Notes: generated from the sequence alone by a model not told the origin. Shown: positions 1 to 9,928, counted from the stretch's first letter. The stretch is 64,000 nt of DNA from an uncultured Acidobacteriota bacterium (GCA_963713825.1 CAVQNG010000025.1:128001-192000), one strand, 5' to 3'. Numbers and translations are program-made.

Positions 1-531
1 GGCGATCACCACGCTGCTCTCGCCGACCGTGAGGTCGCCGAGTCGATGGACGATGCGCACCCGGAGGCCCTCGGTAGCAGCCTCCAGCTCGCCAGCAATT
101 CTCTCCAGAGCGGACTCGGCCATGGGCCTGTAGGCCTGGTACGTGAGACGCTCGACTTCCCGGCCTGCATGATGATTGCGGACGGTTCCGACGAACAGAA
201 CGGTTGCACCGCAGTCCGGGGGGCTGGCTTCCTTCATCAGCGCTGCAAGGTCGATCGGCGCCTCCGCGATCTGCGCTCGGCCAGGGCGGCCGCCGGAAAC
301 GGGAGGCAGCAGGGCCACTTCCGCTCCGTCGTGCAAGATCGCGTCGGAGCCCACCAGCTCACCATCGATCGCCAACGCCAACCGATCCCATATCGGCACC
401 AGATCTGGATAGTCCCCTGACAGGGTCTTCTGTAGAGCCTCGAGGTTGCTTCCTGCCGGTAGGTCGACCTCGAATTCGCTGCTGCCAACAGCGGTTGCGG
501 CACTGGCAAAGGCAAGCACTCGGATCTTCAC
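1..531 (-). CDS. moaE: MoaD-MoaE fusion (molybdopterin synthase, MoaX-like); C-terminus runs off the window start
   Basis: Manual translation from GTG at 531 gives MKIRVLAFASAATAVG...EVALLPPVSGG (MoaD ubiquitin-like, GG). It continues in frame to DCGATVLFVGTVRNHHAGREVERLTYQAYRPMA...IVHRLGDLTVGESSVVIA (MoaE). It is absent from the ORF track because there is no stop in the window. Confidence 0.92.
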   Translation of the reverse strand, partial: MKIRVLAFASAATAVGSSEFEVDLPAGSNLEALQKTLSGDYPDLVPIWDRLALAIDGELVGSDAILHDGAEVALLPPVSGGRPGRAQIAEAPIDLAALMKEASPPDCGATVLFVGTVRNHHAGREVERLTYQAYRPMAESALERIAGELEAATEGLRVRIVHRLGDLTVGESSVVIA

Positions 532-589
532 AGGCGGAATGGTAACACCCAGCCAGGAGGGGCGCGGCGATGGCGATGGCAGTCGGGCT

Positions 590-595
590 TATAAT
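590..595 (+). promoter_or_regulatory. candidate sigma70 -10 box (TATAAT)
   Basis: Perfect TATAAT in a short divergent intergenic gap, 24 nt upstream of the TTG start at 620; no clear -35 seen. Confidence 0.4.
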
Positions 596-619
596 GGCGG
601 ACTCTGCAAGGAGATCGAA

Positions 620-2284
620 TTGACAATCCTGGAGAGCAAACTCAAACAGGACGATGAGTACCAGCGCCGTCTGGATCACTGGCGCAATACCCTCAAGGAT
701 CTCCGGAGCCAGGAGGCCGAGCTGCGACTCGGAGGCGGTGTGAAGGCCCTCAAGCGCCAGCAGGACAAGGGCAAGATGTCGGCGAGAGAGCGGGTAGCCG
801 AGCTTTGTGATCCTGGTTCCGAGTTCATTGAGCTGGGTCTGTGGGCAGCCCATGGTCTCTACAAGGAGTACGGCGGAGCCCCGGCGGCTGGTGTGGTGAC
901 CGGCATTGGCACGATTCACAACCGCGATGTCGTCGTCGTGTCCAACGATGCAACCGTCAAGGCGGGCGCCTGGTTTCCCATGACCTGTAAGAAGGTCTTG
1001 CGTGCGCAGGAGATTGCGCTCGAGAATCGACTTCCCATCGTCTACCTGGTGGACTCGGCTGGTGTCTTCCTGCCGCTGCAGGACGAGATCTTCCCAGACA
1101 AAGAGCACTTTGGAAGGGCCTTCTTCAACAACGCCCGCCTGTCAGCCCAAGGTGTTTTTCAAATGGCTGCCATCATGGGGCCCTGCGTTGCCGGGGGGGC
1201 TTACCTGCCGATCATGAGCGACGAGGCCCACATCGTCGAAGGTGAGGGGTCGATCTTTCTAGCGGGCCCCCATCTGGTCAAGGCCGCGATCGGTGAAGAG
1301 ATCGGTAACGAGGCGCTCGGGGGAGCGCTGGTGCAGTGCGACATCTCGGGAGTTGTCGATCACCGTCACCCCGATGATGCGAGTTGCCTGGCCAAGATCC
1401 GGAGCCAGTTCGAGCAGCTGGCCAGCGGCGAGACAGCACCCTTTGCGCGCCGAGAAGAGCGGGATCCTCTGTATTCGGCCGAGGAGATCTACGGCATTGT
1501 TCCAGACGATCACTCTCGTCCCTACGACATGCACGAGCTACTGGCCCGCCTGGTCGATGGCAGTGAGTTCGACGAGTACAAGGCGACCTATGGCAAGACA
1601 CTCGTCTGCGGCACCGCCTGGATCAAGGGGTGGCCGGTGGGCATCGTGGCGAATCAGCGATCCATCGTGGCTCGAAAGACAGGCACCGACAGCCAGGATA
1701 GGGAGCTGCAGATCGGTGGGGTTCTGTACTCCGATTCGGCAGACAAGGGAGCACGATTCGTCGAGCTCTGCAACCAGAAGCGGATTCCGTTGGTCTTTCT
1801 ACAGGACGTGACGGGCTTCATGGTGGGCAGCCGTGCCGAGCAGGGCGGCATCATCAAGAGTGGCGCCAAGATGGTCAACGCCGTCGCCAACTCGGTGGTA
1901 CCCAAGATCACGCTCATTGTCGGCAACTCGTTCGGAGCAGGCAACTACGCCATGTGTGGCAAAGCCTACGGCCCCAGGTTCTTGTATGCCTGGCCCTCGG
2001 CCGCGATTGCGGTCATGGGTGGCGAGCAGGCCTCGAAGACCCTGTTGGCTATTCAACTCAAAGGGCGTGGCGAGAACGTGTGGGAAGAGGAGAAGAGCGA
2101 GCTCCTGGCCAGGATTCAACAGCGCTATGCCGAGGCAGCCGATCCTCGCTATGCCGCCGCCCGACTCTGGGTGGACGCCATCATCGACCCCAGAGAGACG
2201 CGACAGATCCTGGCGCGGTCCATCGCCTGCGCGGCGCAGAACCCGCAGATCGACGACTTCAAGACCGGGGTCCTGCAGACCTGA
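620..2284 (+). CDS. acyl-CoA carboxylase carboxyltransferase (3-methylcrotonyl-CoA carboxylase beta subunit-like)
   Basis: Motifs KMSARERV, NDATVKAGAW, YLVDSAGVFLP, GPCVAGGAY, QDVTGFMVG, GAGNYAMCGKAY, AAARLWVD; TTG start with AAGGAG RBS. Confidence 0.93.
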   Translation: MTILESKLKQDDEYQRRLDHWRNTLKDLRSQEAELRLGGGVKALKRQQDKGKMSARERVAELCDPGSEFIELGLWAAHGLYKEYGGAPAAGVVTGIGTIHNRDVVVVSNDATVKAGAWFPMTCKKVLRAQEIALENRLPIVYLVDSAGVFLPLQDEIFPDKEHFGRAFFNNARLSAQGVFQMAAIMGPCVAGGAYLPIMSDEAHIVEGEGSIFLAGPHLVKAAIGEEIGNEALGGALVQCDISGVVDHRHPDDASCLAKIRSQFEQLASGETAPFARREERDPLYSAEEIYGIVPDDHSRPYDMHELLARLVDGSEFDEYKATYGKTLVCGTAWIKGWPVGIVANQRSIVARKTGTDSQDRELQIGGVLYSDSADKGARFVELCNQKRIPLVFLQDVTGFMVGSRAEQGGIIKSGAKMVNAVANSVVPKITLIVGNSFGAGNYAMCGKAYGPRFLYAWPSAAIAVMGGEQASKTLLAIQLKGRGENVWEEEKSELLARIQQRYAEAADPRYAAARLWVDAIIDPRETRQILARSIACAAQNPQIDDFKTGVLQT

Positions 2285-2307
2285 GGAGGCCGGCCGGGGC
2301 ACAAGCC

Positions 2308-3105
2308 ATGAGTCACGACTTTCTCGAAACGAAGCAGGATGGGGATCTCCTCTGGGTGACGTTGAGTGACCCAGCTCGGGCCAACGCTCTGTCGCCGGCC
2401 CTGGTGGAGTCGCTGACCGAGCTCTATGGGAGTGACCTCAGAGGCAAGGGGATCAGGGCTGTCCTCTTGGGCGCGGCCGGGAAGCACTTCTCGGCCGGGG
2501 CCGATCTGGGACACCTTGGAAGCCTCCTGGAAGCTGGGTCCGAGGAGAACCGTCTGGATTCCGAGCGCCTTCGGGGCCTCTTCGAATCGATCTTGCGGCA
2601 GGAGGCCCTGACGGTGGCGATGGTTCAGGGAGCCTGCGTGGCCGGAGGCTGTGGCCTCGCAACGGCGCACGACTTCGTGGTGGCCGCGGAGGGTTCGCGG
2701 TTTCTCTACAGCGAAGCGCGAATCGGTTTTGTGGCTGCGCTGGTCGCGACCTATCTGCCCTTGCGAATGCGAGGTGCGGATATTCGCGAGATGTTGCTCA
2801 ATCCAGAGTTCGTATCGGCGCAGCAGGCTCTCGGAACCGGTCTCGTCAACCGGGTCGTGGACGAGGACGAGCTGCGGCGAGCCGGCGAACAGCTGGCGAT
2901 CGGGATTCTGGAGCGGGCGAGCTCGGAGTCGATTGCGCGCACCAAGCGGATCCTGTTGCAGATCCTGGGCGTGCCTCTGGATGAAGCGTTACAGAGGGCC
3001 GCCATTGCCAATGCCGAAGCCAGGGCAACAGCGGACTGCAAGCACGGTATTGCGACCTTCCTTGCGACCAAAGCTCCGCCCACATGGCGAGAGTCTGGTG
3101 ACTAG
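2308..3105 (+). CDS. enoyl-CoA hydratase/isomerase (methylglutaconyl-CoA hydratase-like)
   Basis: Crotonase motifs FSAGADL, ACVAGGCGL, SEARIGFVAA; follows the MCC-beta-like gene. Confidence 0.88.
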   Translation: MSHDFLETKQDGDLLWVTLSDPARANALSPALVESLTELYGSDLRGKGIRAVLLGAAGKHFSAGADLGHLGSLLEAGSEENRLDSERLRGLFESILRQEALTVAMVQGACVAGGCGLATAHDFVVAAEGSRFLYSEARIGFVAALVATYLPLRMRGADIREMLLNPEFVSAQQALGTGLVNRVVDEDELRRAGEQLAIGILERASSESIARTKRILLQILGVPLDEALQRAAIANAEARATADCKHGIATFLATKAPPTWRESGD

Positions 3106-3135
3106 CCCTTCCGGTCTCTGAGTAGGGCCCGCGCC

Positions 3136-3834
3136 ATGGAATCGTTTCGTCCTCGGCTGATCCTCTTCGATATCGATGGCACCCTTCTCAAAGGGGGTCG
3201 CCGTCTGCGCCAGTGGTTCGGCGAGTCTCTGGAGAGCGTCTATGGCCAGGCCGGGGATATCGACGGCCTCAGCTTTTCAGGCAAGACAGATCCACAGATC
3301 GTCACCGAGTTGATGCTGGGCGCAGGACTCCCCAGCGAGCGGATTCTGGGCCTGTTGCCAGATCTCAAGGAGGTCTACCTCGGTCGAATGCGAGACCAGC
3401 TCACCGCCGATGACATGACGCTCTTGCCAGAGGTGGTACCTGTGCTGTCGAGGCTCGAACAGGTTGCTGACGTGACGCTCGGGCTGCTGACGGGAAATTG
3501 GGAGGGGGGTGCCCGGAGCAAGCTCGCTTGCTTCGACCTCAATCGTTTCTTTCAGTTTGGCGCTTTCGGAGACGATCGAGCCGATCGCACCGAGCTGCCT
3601 CCCGTGGCTCTGGAAAGAGCCATGCAGGACAGAGGTAGCCCGTTCAGCCCGCAGGAGACCCTCATCATCGGGGATAGCTCGAGGGATGTTGCCTGCGCCC
3701 GGGCCCATGGCATCAAGGCGGCAGCTGTGGCCACGGGTTACACGCCACGCGATCGTCTCGAGGCAGCTGGAGCGGACTGGGTCCTGACCGAGCTTGTAGA
3801 GGCTGAACGAATCCACTCGATCTTCAGAGCCTGA
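3136..3834 (+). CDS. HAD-superfamily hydrolase (phosphoglycolate phosphatase-like)
   Basis: LFDIDGTLL, LLTGN, IIGDSSRDV. Confidence 0.88.
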   Translation: MESFRPRLILFDIDGTLLKGGRRLRQWFGESLESVYGQAGDIDGLSFSGKTDPQIVTELMLGAGLPSERILGLLPDLKEVYLGRMRDQLTADDMTLLPEVVPVLSRLEQVADVTLGLLTGNWEGGARSKLACFDLNRFFQFGAFGDDRADRTELPPVALERAMQDRGSPFSPQETLIIGDSSRDVACARAHGIKAAAVATGYTPRDRLEAAGADWVLTELVEAERIHSIFRA

Positions 3835-3875
3835 GATCTTCCCGGCCGACTGCTCAGCAACTAGCGGTTGGCGGC

Positions 3876-4721
3876 TCAGCCGAGATGGTTCCGAAACCAC
3901 TCCTGGGTGGCGTTGAGAGCCTCTACCAGTTGCGGTGTCGGGCCGTTGAAGGGGTGCTTGACGCCCAGTGTATGGTCGCCGTCGTGAATCAGCCTCAGTT
4001 GGCAAGGCGCAGCCGCATGGGCAGCGAGTAGACGGGCCTCACTGACGGGCACGGTCTCGTCTTGGTCGCCATGCAGGATCAACCAGGGCGCCCGTCTGGC
4101 CGAGCCCGCTGTCCGCGGATCGAGATGATCCTGGAATCTCTCCAGATCCTCGAGGACCATGGCGTCGACAGTCAACTGCTGGCCGGTGCGGCTGTTGACC
4201 ACGGGGACGAATCCACGCCGTCGCCAGATCGCCTTCTCATCCAGCGTGAGACGGTCGAAGGTGCTGACCGCCGCCCAGGTGACCAGGGCTCGAATCTTGC
4301 CGCGCCAGGATTCCTGAGCGGCCGCCAGGGTAGCGATTCCACCACCGCGGCTATGCCCGAAAAGACCGATCCTTTGCGGATCGACCAAGCCCTCTCCGAT
4401 TTCTCCCCCCAGCGCTTCCAGTACTTTGGTGAGGTCAATTACGTCCTGGCTGAAGGTAGCGCGCCGGAAGGCCTCTGTGTCGGTGACCAGGACGTCTCCG
4501 GGCCTCATGCCAGAGCCCGTGAAGTTGAAGCGGATCACGGCGAAGCCACGCTCAGTCAAGAGCTCTCCCAGAAACGGAAAGAACCCCCAATCCATGAAGC
4601 CCTTGAAGCCGTGACACACAACGACGGTTGGTCGTGGGCCAGGCTGCTCCGGGGCATGAACAACCCCCAGTAGCTCTCTACCATCGGCCAACTGCAGGCG
4701 AAAGGGTTCCATTGCGGGCAT
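3876..4721 (-). CDS. alpha/beta-fold hydrolase
   Basis: CHGFKGF, GHSRGG nucleophile elbow, HGDQDETV, GDHT. Confidence 0.87.
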   Translation of the reverse strand: MPAMEPFRLQLADGRELLGVVHAPEQPGPRPTVVVCHGFKGFMDWGFFPFLGELLTERGFAVIRFNFTGSGMRPGDVLVTDTEAFRRATFSQDVIDLTKVLEALGGEIGEGLVDPQRIGLFGHSRGGGIATLAAAQESWRGKIRALVTWAAVSTFDRLTLDEKAIWRRRGFVPVVNSRTGQQLTVDAMVLEDLERFQDHLDPRTAGSARRAPWLILHGDQDETVPVSEARLLAAHAAAPCQLRLIHDGDHTLGVKHPFNGPTPQLVEALNATQEWFRNHLG

Positions 4722-4784
4722 CGGTCCATTGTACCTATCGAGTCCGATCGAGGGGCGAGAAGGGTCGATTGGTAGACTCCTGGC

Positions 4785-5882
4785 GTGACGGAATCACCTC
4801 GCGTTCCAGCCAACAGTGAAGCCATCCCGACGTTTCTTCGGACTCTCGGCGCAGAGCCCCGGCGCCTCGGTGAGGACACCGAGATCGTCGCTCACTACGG
4901 CTCCGTCGAGGCCGAGTACGAGGCTCTGGTGAGCGGCGTCGGCGTCATGGTTCGCAATTGGCCCGATCATCTTCGCATTGGGGGTGAGGATCGGGTGGCG
5001 TTCCTGAACGGAAAGGTGACTTGTGAGCTCGCCGGGATCGAGCCTGGCGCGGGCGCCTACGGTTTTCTTCTCGATGCAAAAGGCCATATCCGGGCCGATG
5101 CCACCATCAGGGTGTTCGAGGATTCTGTTTGGCTCGAGCTCCCCGCCGGCTTGGGACCTCGGGTTGTCGAGCATCTGAGCCGTTACATCGTCGTCGACCG
5201 AGTGGAGATCGAGCCGTTACTGGGCCTCTTGCCGCTGACGCTCGTCGGGCCTCGGTTGGAGGCCATGCTGACCTCGCTGTCGGGGCTCGGTGCGCTGCCG
5301 GATCACCCGTGGCAGACTCGTCGCACCGAAGTTGACACTGCCGGCGAGATGTTGGTCTCCGCGGACGGGCGTTGGGGCATGCCCGCGTTGACGTTCTGGC
5401 CCTCGGCCGCCAATGCCGAGGCACTGATCCGGCACCTGCTGGAGGCAGGTCGACCATTCGGTGCGAAGCTGGTTGGCCTCCAGGCGCTGGATCGGGCGCG
5501 TATCGAGGCAGGGATTCCCTGGTTCGGGCAGGATTTCGGAGAGTCCAATCTGCCGCAGGAAACGGGCCTGGAAGAAGCGGTCAGTTACACAAAGGGCTGC
5601 TATCTGGGGCAGGAAGTAGTGGCCCGTCTGCACTACAGAGGGCAGGTCAGCAGAGTCCTATGTGGACTGACTCTCGATGTGGCCGAAGTTCCGGAGACGG
5701 GAACGTGTCTCGTTCTCGAGGGCAGGCAGGCAGGCTCGCTCACCAGTGTCACCCGATCGAATCGGCTGGGCTCGGTCCTGGGGCTGGCGATCTTGCAGCG
5801 CCGGGCGGCTGAGGTGGGGACTCGGTTGGAAGTCGAGGGCGGGGGGCACGCTCAGGTCGTGACGTCACCCTTGAAGACCTAG
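4785..5882 (+). CDS. ygfZ: YgfZ/GcvT-family folate-binding protein (Fe-S maturation)
   Basis: Signature KGCYLGQE; GEDRVAFLNG; RIEAGIP. Confidence 0.9.
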   Translation: MTESPRVPANSEAIPTFLRTLGAEPRRLGEDTEIVAHYGSVEAEYEALVSGVGVMVRNWPDHLRIGGEDRVAFLNGKVTCELAGIEPGAGAYGFLLDAKGHIRADATIRVFEDSVWLELPAGLGPRVVEHLSRYIVVDRVEIEPLLGLLPLTLVGPRLEAMLTSLSGLGALPDHPWQTRRTEVDTAGEMLVSADGRWGMPALTFWPSAANAEALIRHLLEAGRPFGAKLVGLQALDRARIEAGIPWFGQDFGESNLPQETGLEEAVSYTKGCYLGQEVVARLHYRGQVSRVLCGLTLDVAEVPETGTCLVLEGRQAGSLTSVTRSNRLGSVLGLAILQRRAAEVGTRLEVEGGGHAQVVTSPLKT

Positions 5883-5905
5883 ACCGCTCGAGCCGCCAGA
5901 GCGTC

Positions 5906-6289
5906 TCAAACGGAAAACGACGACCCGCAGCCGCAACTACCCGAGGCATTGGGATTGTTGAATTTGAACCCTGCCCCGGTGCTGCCCAGAACGTAGTCGA
6001 TCTCGGTGCCCTGAAGATATCGGGCGCTGACGGCGTCGACGTAGACCTGCAAGTCATCGTAGCCGATGACGAAGTCGTTCTCTCGCGGCTCGCGCTCGAA
6101 GTCGAGGGCATACTCCATGCCGCTGCAACCGCCGCCGCGGACGGCGACCCTGAGGCCGAAAGCTGCCTCGATACCCTCCTGCTCCCGAGTGATCTTGATC
6201 ATCTGAATCGCTTTGTCGGTGAGCGTGATCGGGCGCGCGTCTGCAGGGCCGGACGATTCCTGGCTCGGGGTCTGTGTGGTGTGTTCCAT
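5906..6289 (-). CDS. A-type Fe-S cluster carrier (IscA/ErpA/HesB family)
   Basis: GGGCSGMEY and NPNASGSCGCGSSF. Confidence 0.95.
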   Translation of the reverse strand: MEHTTQTPSQESSGPADARPITLTDKAIQMIKITREQEGIEAAFGLRVAVRGGGCSGMEYALDFEREPRENDFVIGYDDLQVYVDAVSARYLQGTEIDYVLGSTGAGFKFNNPNASGSCGCGSSFSV

Positions 6290-6454
6290 GGATGTTGCTC
6301 CTCTTCGATTTTCGATCTCGTCGACACCCTGTTTGACGCTATGTTGCTGCAGCGGGCGATGATTTCTGGAGTCAGGTTTGAAAACAGGGCGTTGCCGTGC
6401 AGAATTCCCGTATCGGCTCGTCGTTTCTATGTTGCAGACCCTTGTCTCGAGGCC

Positions 6455-6799
6455 TCAGTTGATCGGCATGCGACCGTCGAACCCATCGTCGTAGCCGTGG
6501 AAGTGACCGATCGAGGCCTCGGGGTAGCGCCAGCAGTAGTAACCATTGCCACAGTCCCAATCGACCAGCCACAGCCCCTTGACCAGGCAGCCAATGGAAG
6601 ACACTTCTTCGGTCCAGACCTCGATCACCTCAGAGGTGGCGGCCTCCAGCTCGTTCTGCCGCCGCTCCATCTCGTCGCGGCTCTGAATGCCGTTGTAGAG
6701 CGCCCGAATCTGATGGATGGCGCGATCCGTCAGATCCCGGATAGCGGGGAACGTATCCAGCGCCTCCTCATAAGTGAAGATCCTCTCGTCCGGTTCCAT
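6455..6799 (-). CDS. DUF2203-family protein
   Basis: RIFTYEEA start, GCLVKGLWLVDW, YYCWRYPE..IGHFH...GFDGRMPI; ATG at 6799 preferred over the longer ORF start. Confidence 0.8.
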   Translation of the reverse strand: MEPDERIFTYEEALDTFPAIRDLTDRAIHQIRALYNGIQSRDEMERRQNELEAATSEVIEVWTEEVSSIGCLVKGLWLVDWDCGNGYYCWRYPEASIGHFHGYDDGFDGRMPIN

Positions 6800-6879
6800 G
6801 GGGGCGCAGCTTAGCAGTGTTTGGTGGTCCGGCGTCGCGGATGACAGAGCTGCGAGGGCGCGATACCATCCCCGGTGCC

Positions 6880-7458
6880 ATGCCATCCGACGCCAAAATT
6901 CAAGAGGGCCGCCCGGGCCGCCTCGAGGTCGTCACCGGCGGCATGTTCTCGGGCAAGAGCGAGGAGCTGGTGCGTCGTCTGCGCCGGGCTCTCATCGCGC
7001 GACAGACGATCCAGGTGTTCAAGCCCCGCATGGATTCCAGGCATGCACCTGAGGTTCTCGTAACGCGAGACAACCGGACCGTCGATGCCTCCACGGTGGC
7101 CGATGCGGCGGAATTGCTGCGCCGAGTCGAGCCGGACGTAGAGGTGATCGGCATCGACGAAGCCCAGTTCTTCGACATGGGGCTGGTGGGGGTGGTCAGC
7201 CAGCTGGCCGACCGCGGAATTCGGGTCATCGTGGCAGGTCTCGATCAGGACTACCAGCGCCGACCTTTCGGTCCGATGCCGCAGATCCTGGCTCTGGCTG
7301 AGTTCGTCGACAAGGTGCACGCGGTGTGCGTCTGCTGTGGCGGACTGGCGCATTACAGCCAGCGCATCGCGGGCGGTCAGGAACAGGTTCAGGTCGGCGA
7401 TACCGAGGCCTATGAAGCGCGCTGCCGCAACTGCTACGAGCCGTTCGTAGCAGAGTAG
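6880..7458 (+). CDS. tdk: thymidine kinase
   Basis: GGMFSGKSEEL, IGIDEAQFFD, AGLDQDY, C-terminal Zn ligands and YEARCRNC. Confidence 0.96.
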   Translation: MPSDAKIQEGRPGRLEVVTGGMFSGKSEELVRRLRRALIARQTIQVFKPRMDSRHAPEVLVTRDNRTVDASTVADAAELLRRVEPDVEVIGIDEAQFFDMGLVGVVSQLADRGIRVIVAGLDQDYQRRPFGPMPQILALAEFVDKVHAVCVCCGGLAHYSQRIAGGQEQVQVGDTEAYEARCRNCYEPFVAE

Positions 7459-7490
7459 TTCCCCAATCGGGTAGGGGGTGTGCGAACCGC

Positions 7491-7901
7491 CTAGGACTTC
7501 GTCGGCACCAGAGGCATGGGGCGATTGTCCCTGTCCACATGCACATAGACCACTTCGGCTTGGGTCACCAGGACCCGCTCACCACCGCTGGTGCGGCGTT
7601 CGGCCTCGACCACGACTTTGACCGTGATCGAGGTCTTGCCGAGGCGAATGGCGTCGGCATACAGACTCACCAGGTCGCCAACAAAGACCGGTTCGTGAAA
7701 CTCGACTTCGCGCATCGCGACGGTGACCAGACGGCCCCTGGCGTGACGGTGTGCTTCCACGGCCCCCGCCTGATCGATGTAGGACAGGATGATGCCGCCA
7801 AAGATCGTCCCCAGGGCGTTGGTGTCCCGCGGCATCATCATGACTCGAATGGCGGGTTGGCGGGCCCCTTCCGGCCGTGTGCTGGTCTCGATTGCGGTCA
7901 T
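7491..7901 (-). CDS. acyl-CoA thioesterase (hotdog, YciA-like)
   Basis: [28 protein letters not shown]. Confidence 0.9.
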   Translation of the reverse strand: MTAIETSTRPEGARQPAIRVMMMPRDTNALGTIFGGIILSYIDQAGAVEAHRHARGRLVTVAMREVEFHEPVFVGDLVSLYADAIRLGKTSITVKVVVEAERRTSGGERVLVTQAEVVYVHVDRDNRPMPLVPTKS

Positions 7902-8392
7902 TTTCGAGGCACCTCGTTCGCCGCTCGCAAGGCCGTTTCGACAGCTTCAGCCGGGCTCGAGGCGCAGTGGAGAAGTGGTTCTGCTTTGCCGTCGGGAGGC
8001 TCGAGGCGCCAACTGTCGAGCAGGACTACCGGGATCCCGTGTCGAATCGACAGACCTATCTCGGTCAAGGTACCCCAGCTACCTCCTATGCCGATTACTG
8101 CCTCACCCGAGAGCACCAGGACCTGGTTGCGGGCTTGTCCGATGCCAGTGAAGATGGGTAGTCCGATATAGGCATTGGGAGGGCTGTCAGCAGGTCCGGT
8201 GCCAGGCAGGATCCCCACGGTAGTGCCGCCTTCCGATTGAGCACCCTGGGCGGCGGCCTCCATGACTCCGCCCCGTCCGCCACAGAGCAGAGTTGCTCCA
8301 GCCCTGGCGATCTCTCGGCCGGTTTCCAGCGCCAGCCGGCGCTGCTCCGCTGTGCAGTTCGCACCTCCGATAACGGTCACTCGACGAGCCAT
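7898..8392 (-). CDS. LOG-like / TIGR00725-family protein
   Basis: [31 protein letters not shown]. Confidence 0.87.
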   Translation of the reverse strand: MARRVTVIGGANCTAEQRRLALETGREIARAGATLLCGGRGGVMEAAAQGAQSEGGTTVGILPGTGPADSPPNAYIGLPIFTGIGQARNQVLVLSGEAVIGIGGSWGTLTEIGLSIRHGIPVVLLDSWRLEPPDGKAEPLLHCASSPAEAVETALRAANEVPRK

Positions 8393-8450
8393 GGGAACCT
8401 CGACTGCATGCTATCCTACCGGGGCTTTTCGACAGGCCCGACACTTCGAG

Positions 8451-9059
8451 ATGCCGTCTCCCGACACCTCTTCTGACACAGCTTCCGGCAGTCCGTCACG
8501 GACCGACGACAAGGAGCTGGTCCGTGCCATCGTGGAGCGGAAGCAGGAGGCCGTCGCGGAGCTGTACGACCGATTTTCGAGCCTGCTGATGGCGCTGGCT
8601 TATCGCGTGTTGGGCAACGCCCAGGATGCAGAGGAGATTCTGCAGGAGACGTTCCTGCAGGTGTGGAATCAGGCCGCCAGATACGACCCTTCGAGGTCCT
8701 CGGTCTCCACCTGGTTGGTGCTGATCACCCGCAGTCGGGCCATCGATCGGTTGAGAAGTAGGCAGGTTCAGCAGCGTACCGTAACCGCGGCTCAACAGGA
8801 GAAACCCACCTCGCATACATCCCCGACCGGGGTTGGCGACGTACTACTCCAAGAGAGACAGAAGCGGCTCGGCGAGGAGATGTCGCAGCTTCCCCCCGAG
8901 CAGCGTCAGGTGTTGGAGTTGGCCTTTTTCGGTGGATCTACGCAAAGCGAGATCGCCGAGCAGACCGGCATCCCGCTGGGGACTGTCAAGACTCGTACTC
9001 TGCTGGCCATGAAGAAGCTTCGAGCTGCCTTGCGGGAAGAGATTGGAGACCTGTTGTGA
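8451..9059 (+). CDS. ECF sigma-70 factor (SigK-like)
   Basis: DAEEILQETFLQVW, RSRAIDRLRS, QSEIAEQTGIPLGTVKTR. Confidence 0.93.
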   Translation: MPSPDTSSDTASGSPSRTDDKELVRAIVERKQEAVAELYDRFSSLLMALAYRVLGNAQDAEEILQETFLQVWNQAARYDPSRSSVSTWLVLITRSRAIDRLRSRQVQQRTVTAAQQEKPTSHTSPTGVGDVLLQERQKRLGEEMSQLPPEQRQVLELAFFGGSTQSEIAEQTGIPLGTVKTRTLLAMKKLRAALREEIGDLL

Positions 9060-9913
9060 GTCAGGACCAGAAGGCTACCGTGACTCCGGAAGATCGACTG
9101 GCGGTCGATCTTCTGGATCGCCTGAATCAGTGTGTCGTGCCAGCGTCGGACGCCTCGGAGGACGCTGGGGCAGTGGCTCTGCGGAGCTCTCTCGAAGTCA
9201 TCGGCCTGTTGCCGTACGAGCTCGATCCGATGGCACCTTCGCCGTCTGCCAAAGAGCGGCTCATGGCGAGCCTGAGCGGTGAGGGCACGAGTCGGCATGC
9301 GGTGGAGGAGGGTCAGTTCGCTGCGCCTGCAGCGCCGACAGGTGTCGGCGATTGGACTCGGTGGGCTCTGCCGCTGGCAGCCGGGCTTGTCCTGGCGTTG
9401 CTGGGTCTTTCTGGGTGGCAGCGCCTCCATATGGAGCGCCAGCGAGGGGAGATTGCACAGCTTTCGGGTCATCTGAGAGAAGTGAATCTCGAATCCGGGG
9501 AGCTGGCGCGCTATCGACAGGAGCTCGCAGAGGCTCAGGCAAAGCTCTCTGTCTTGGCCGCGTCTGGAGTGGAAGTCTGTAGCCTCCATCCCATGGAAGA
9601 CCGTCTGGCAGCCGCCCCACCGACGGTGACTCTGTTCGTGGCTCCCGATCACCAGCATTGGTACCTGCGTGTCGATGGGCTCGAGCCGAGCCCAAAGGAT
9701 CGGGCCTACCAACTTTGGTTCATCACTGACGAGGGCTCCCAGGTCAGCGCTGGGACGTTCGATTCGAGACTGGGGTCCCGAACCGAGCTCACATCCGCGA
9801 CCATGCCTGGCGGCACCGTTGCCGTCAGTGTCACCGTGGAGCCCCTCGGAGGCTCCCCCGAACCCTCGGGCCCGCCCCTGCTCTACGGCGACGAAGTGAT
9901 GCGGATTCTCTAG
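9056..9913 (+). CDS. anti-sigma factor (RskA-like)
   Basis: 4-nt overlap with the sigma gene; PSPSAKERLM, single TM, YQLWFI, VTVEPLGGSPEPSGP. Confidence 0.85.
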   Translation: MSQDQKATVTPEDRLAVDLLDRLNQCVVPASDASEDAGAVALRSSLEVIGLLPYELDPMAPSPSAKERLMASLSGEGTSRHAVEEGQFAAPAAPTGVGDWTRWALPLAAGLVLALLGLSGWQRLHMERQRGEIAQLSGHLREVNLESGELARYRQELAEAQAKLSVLAASGVEVCSLHPMEDRLAAAPPTVTLFVAPDHQHWYLRVDGLEPSPKDRAYQLWFITDEGSQVSAGTFDSRLGSRTELTSATMPGGTVAVSVTVEPLGGSPEPSGPPLLYGDEVMRIL

Positions 9914-9928
9914 CCCCGCAGGAATACA

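Noticed and set aside
446-619. Extended N-termini given by the ORF track (for example 446, 1954, 8262, 13336, 43944, 50473, 55790, 62161)
   Set aside because: They overlap neighbouring genes or promoters; downstream starts have RBSs or match where family homology begins.
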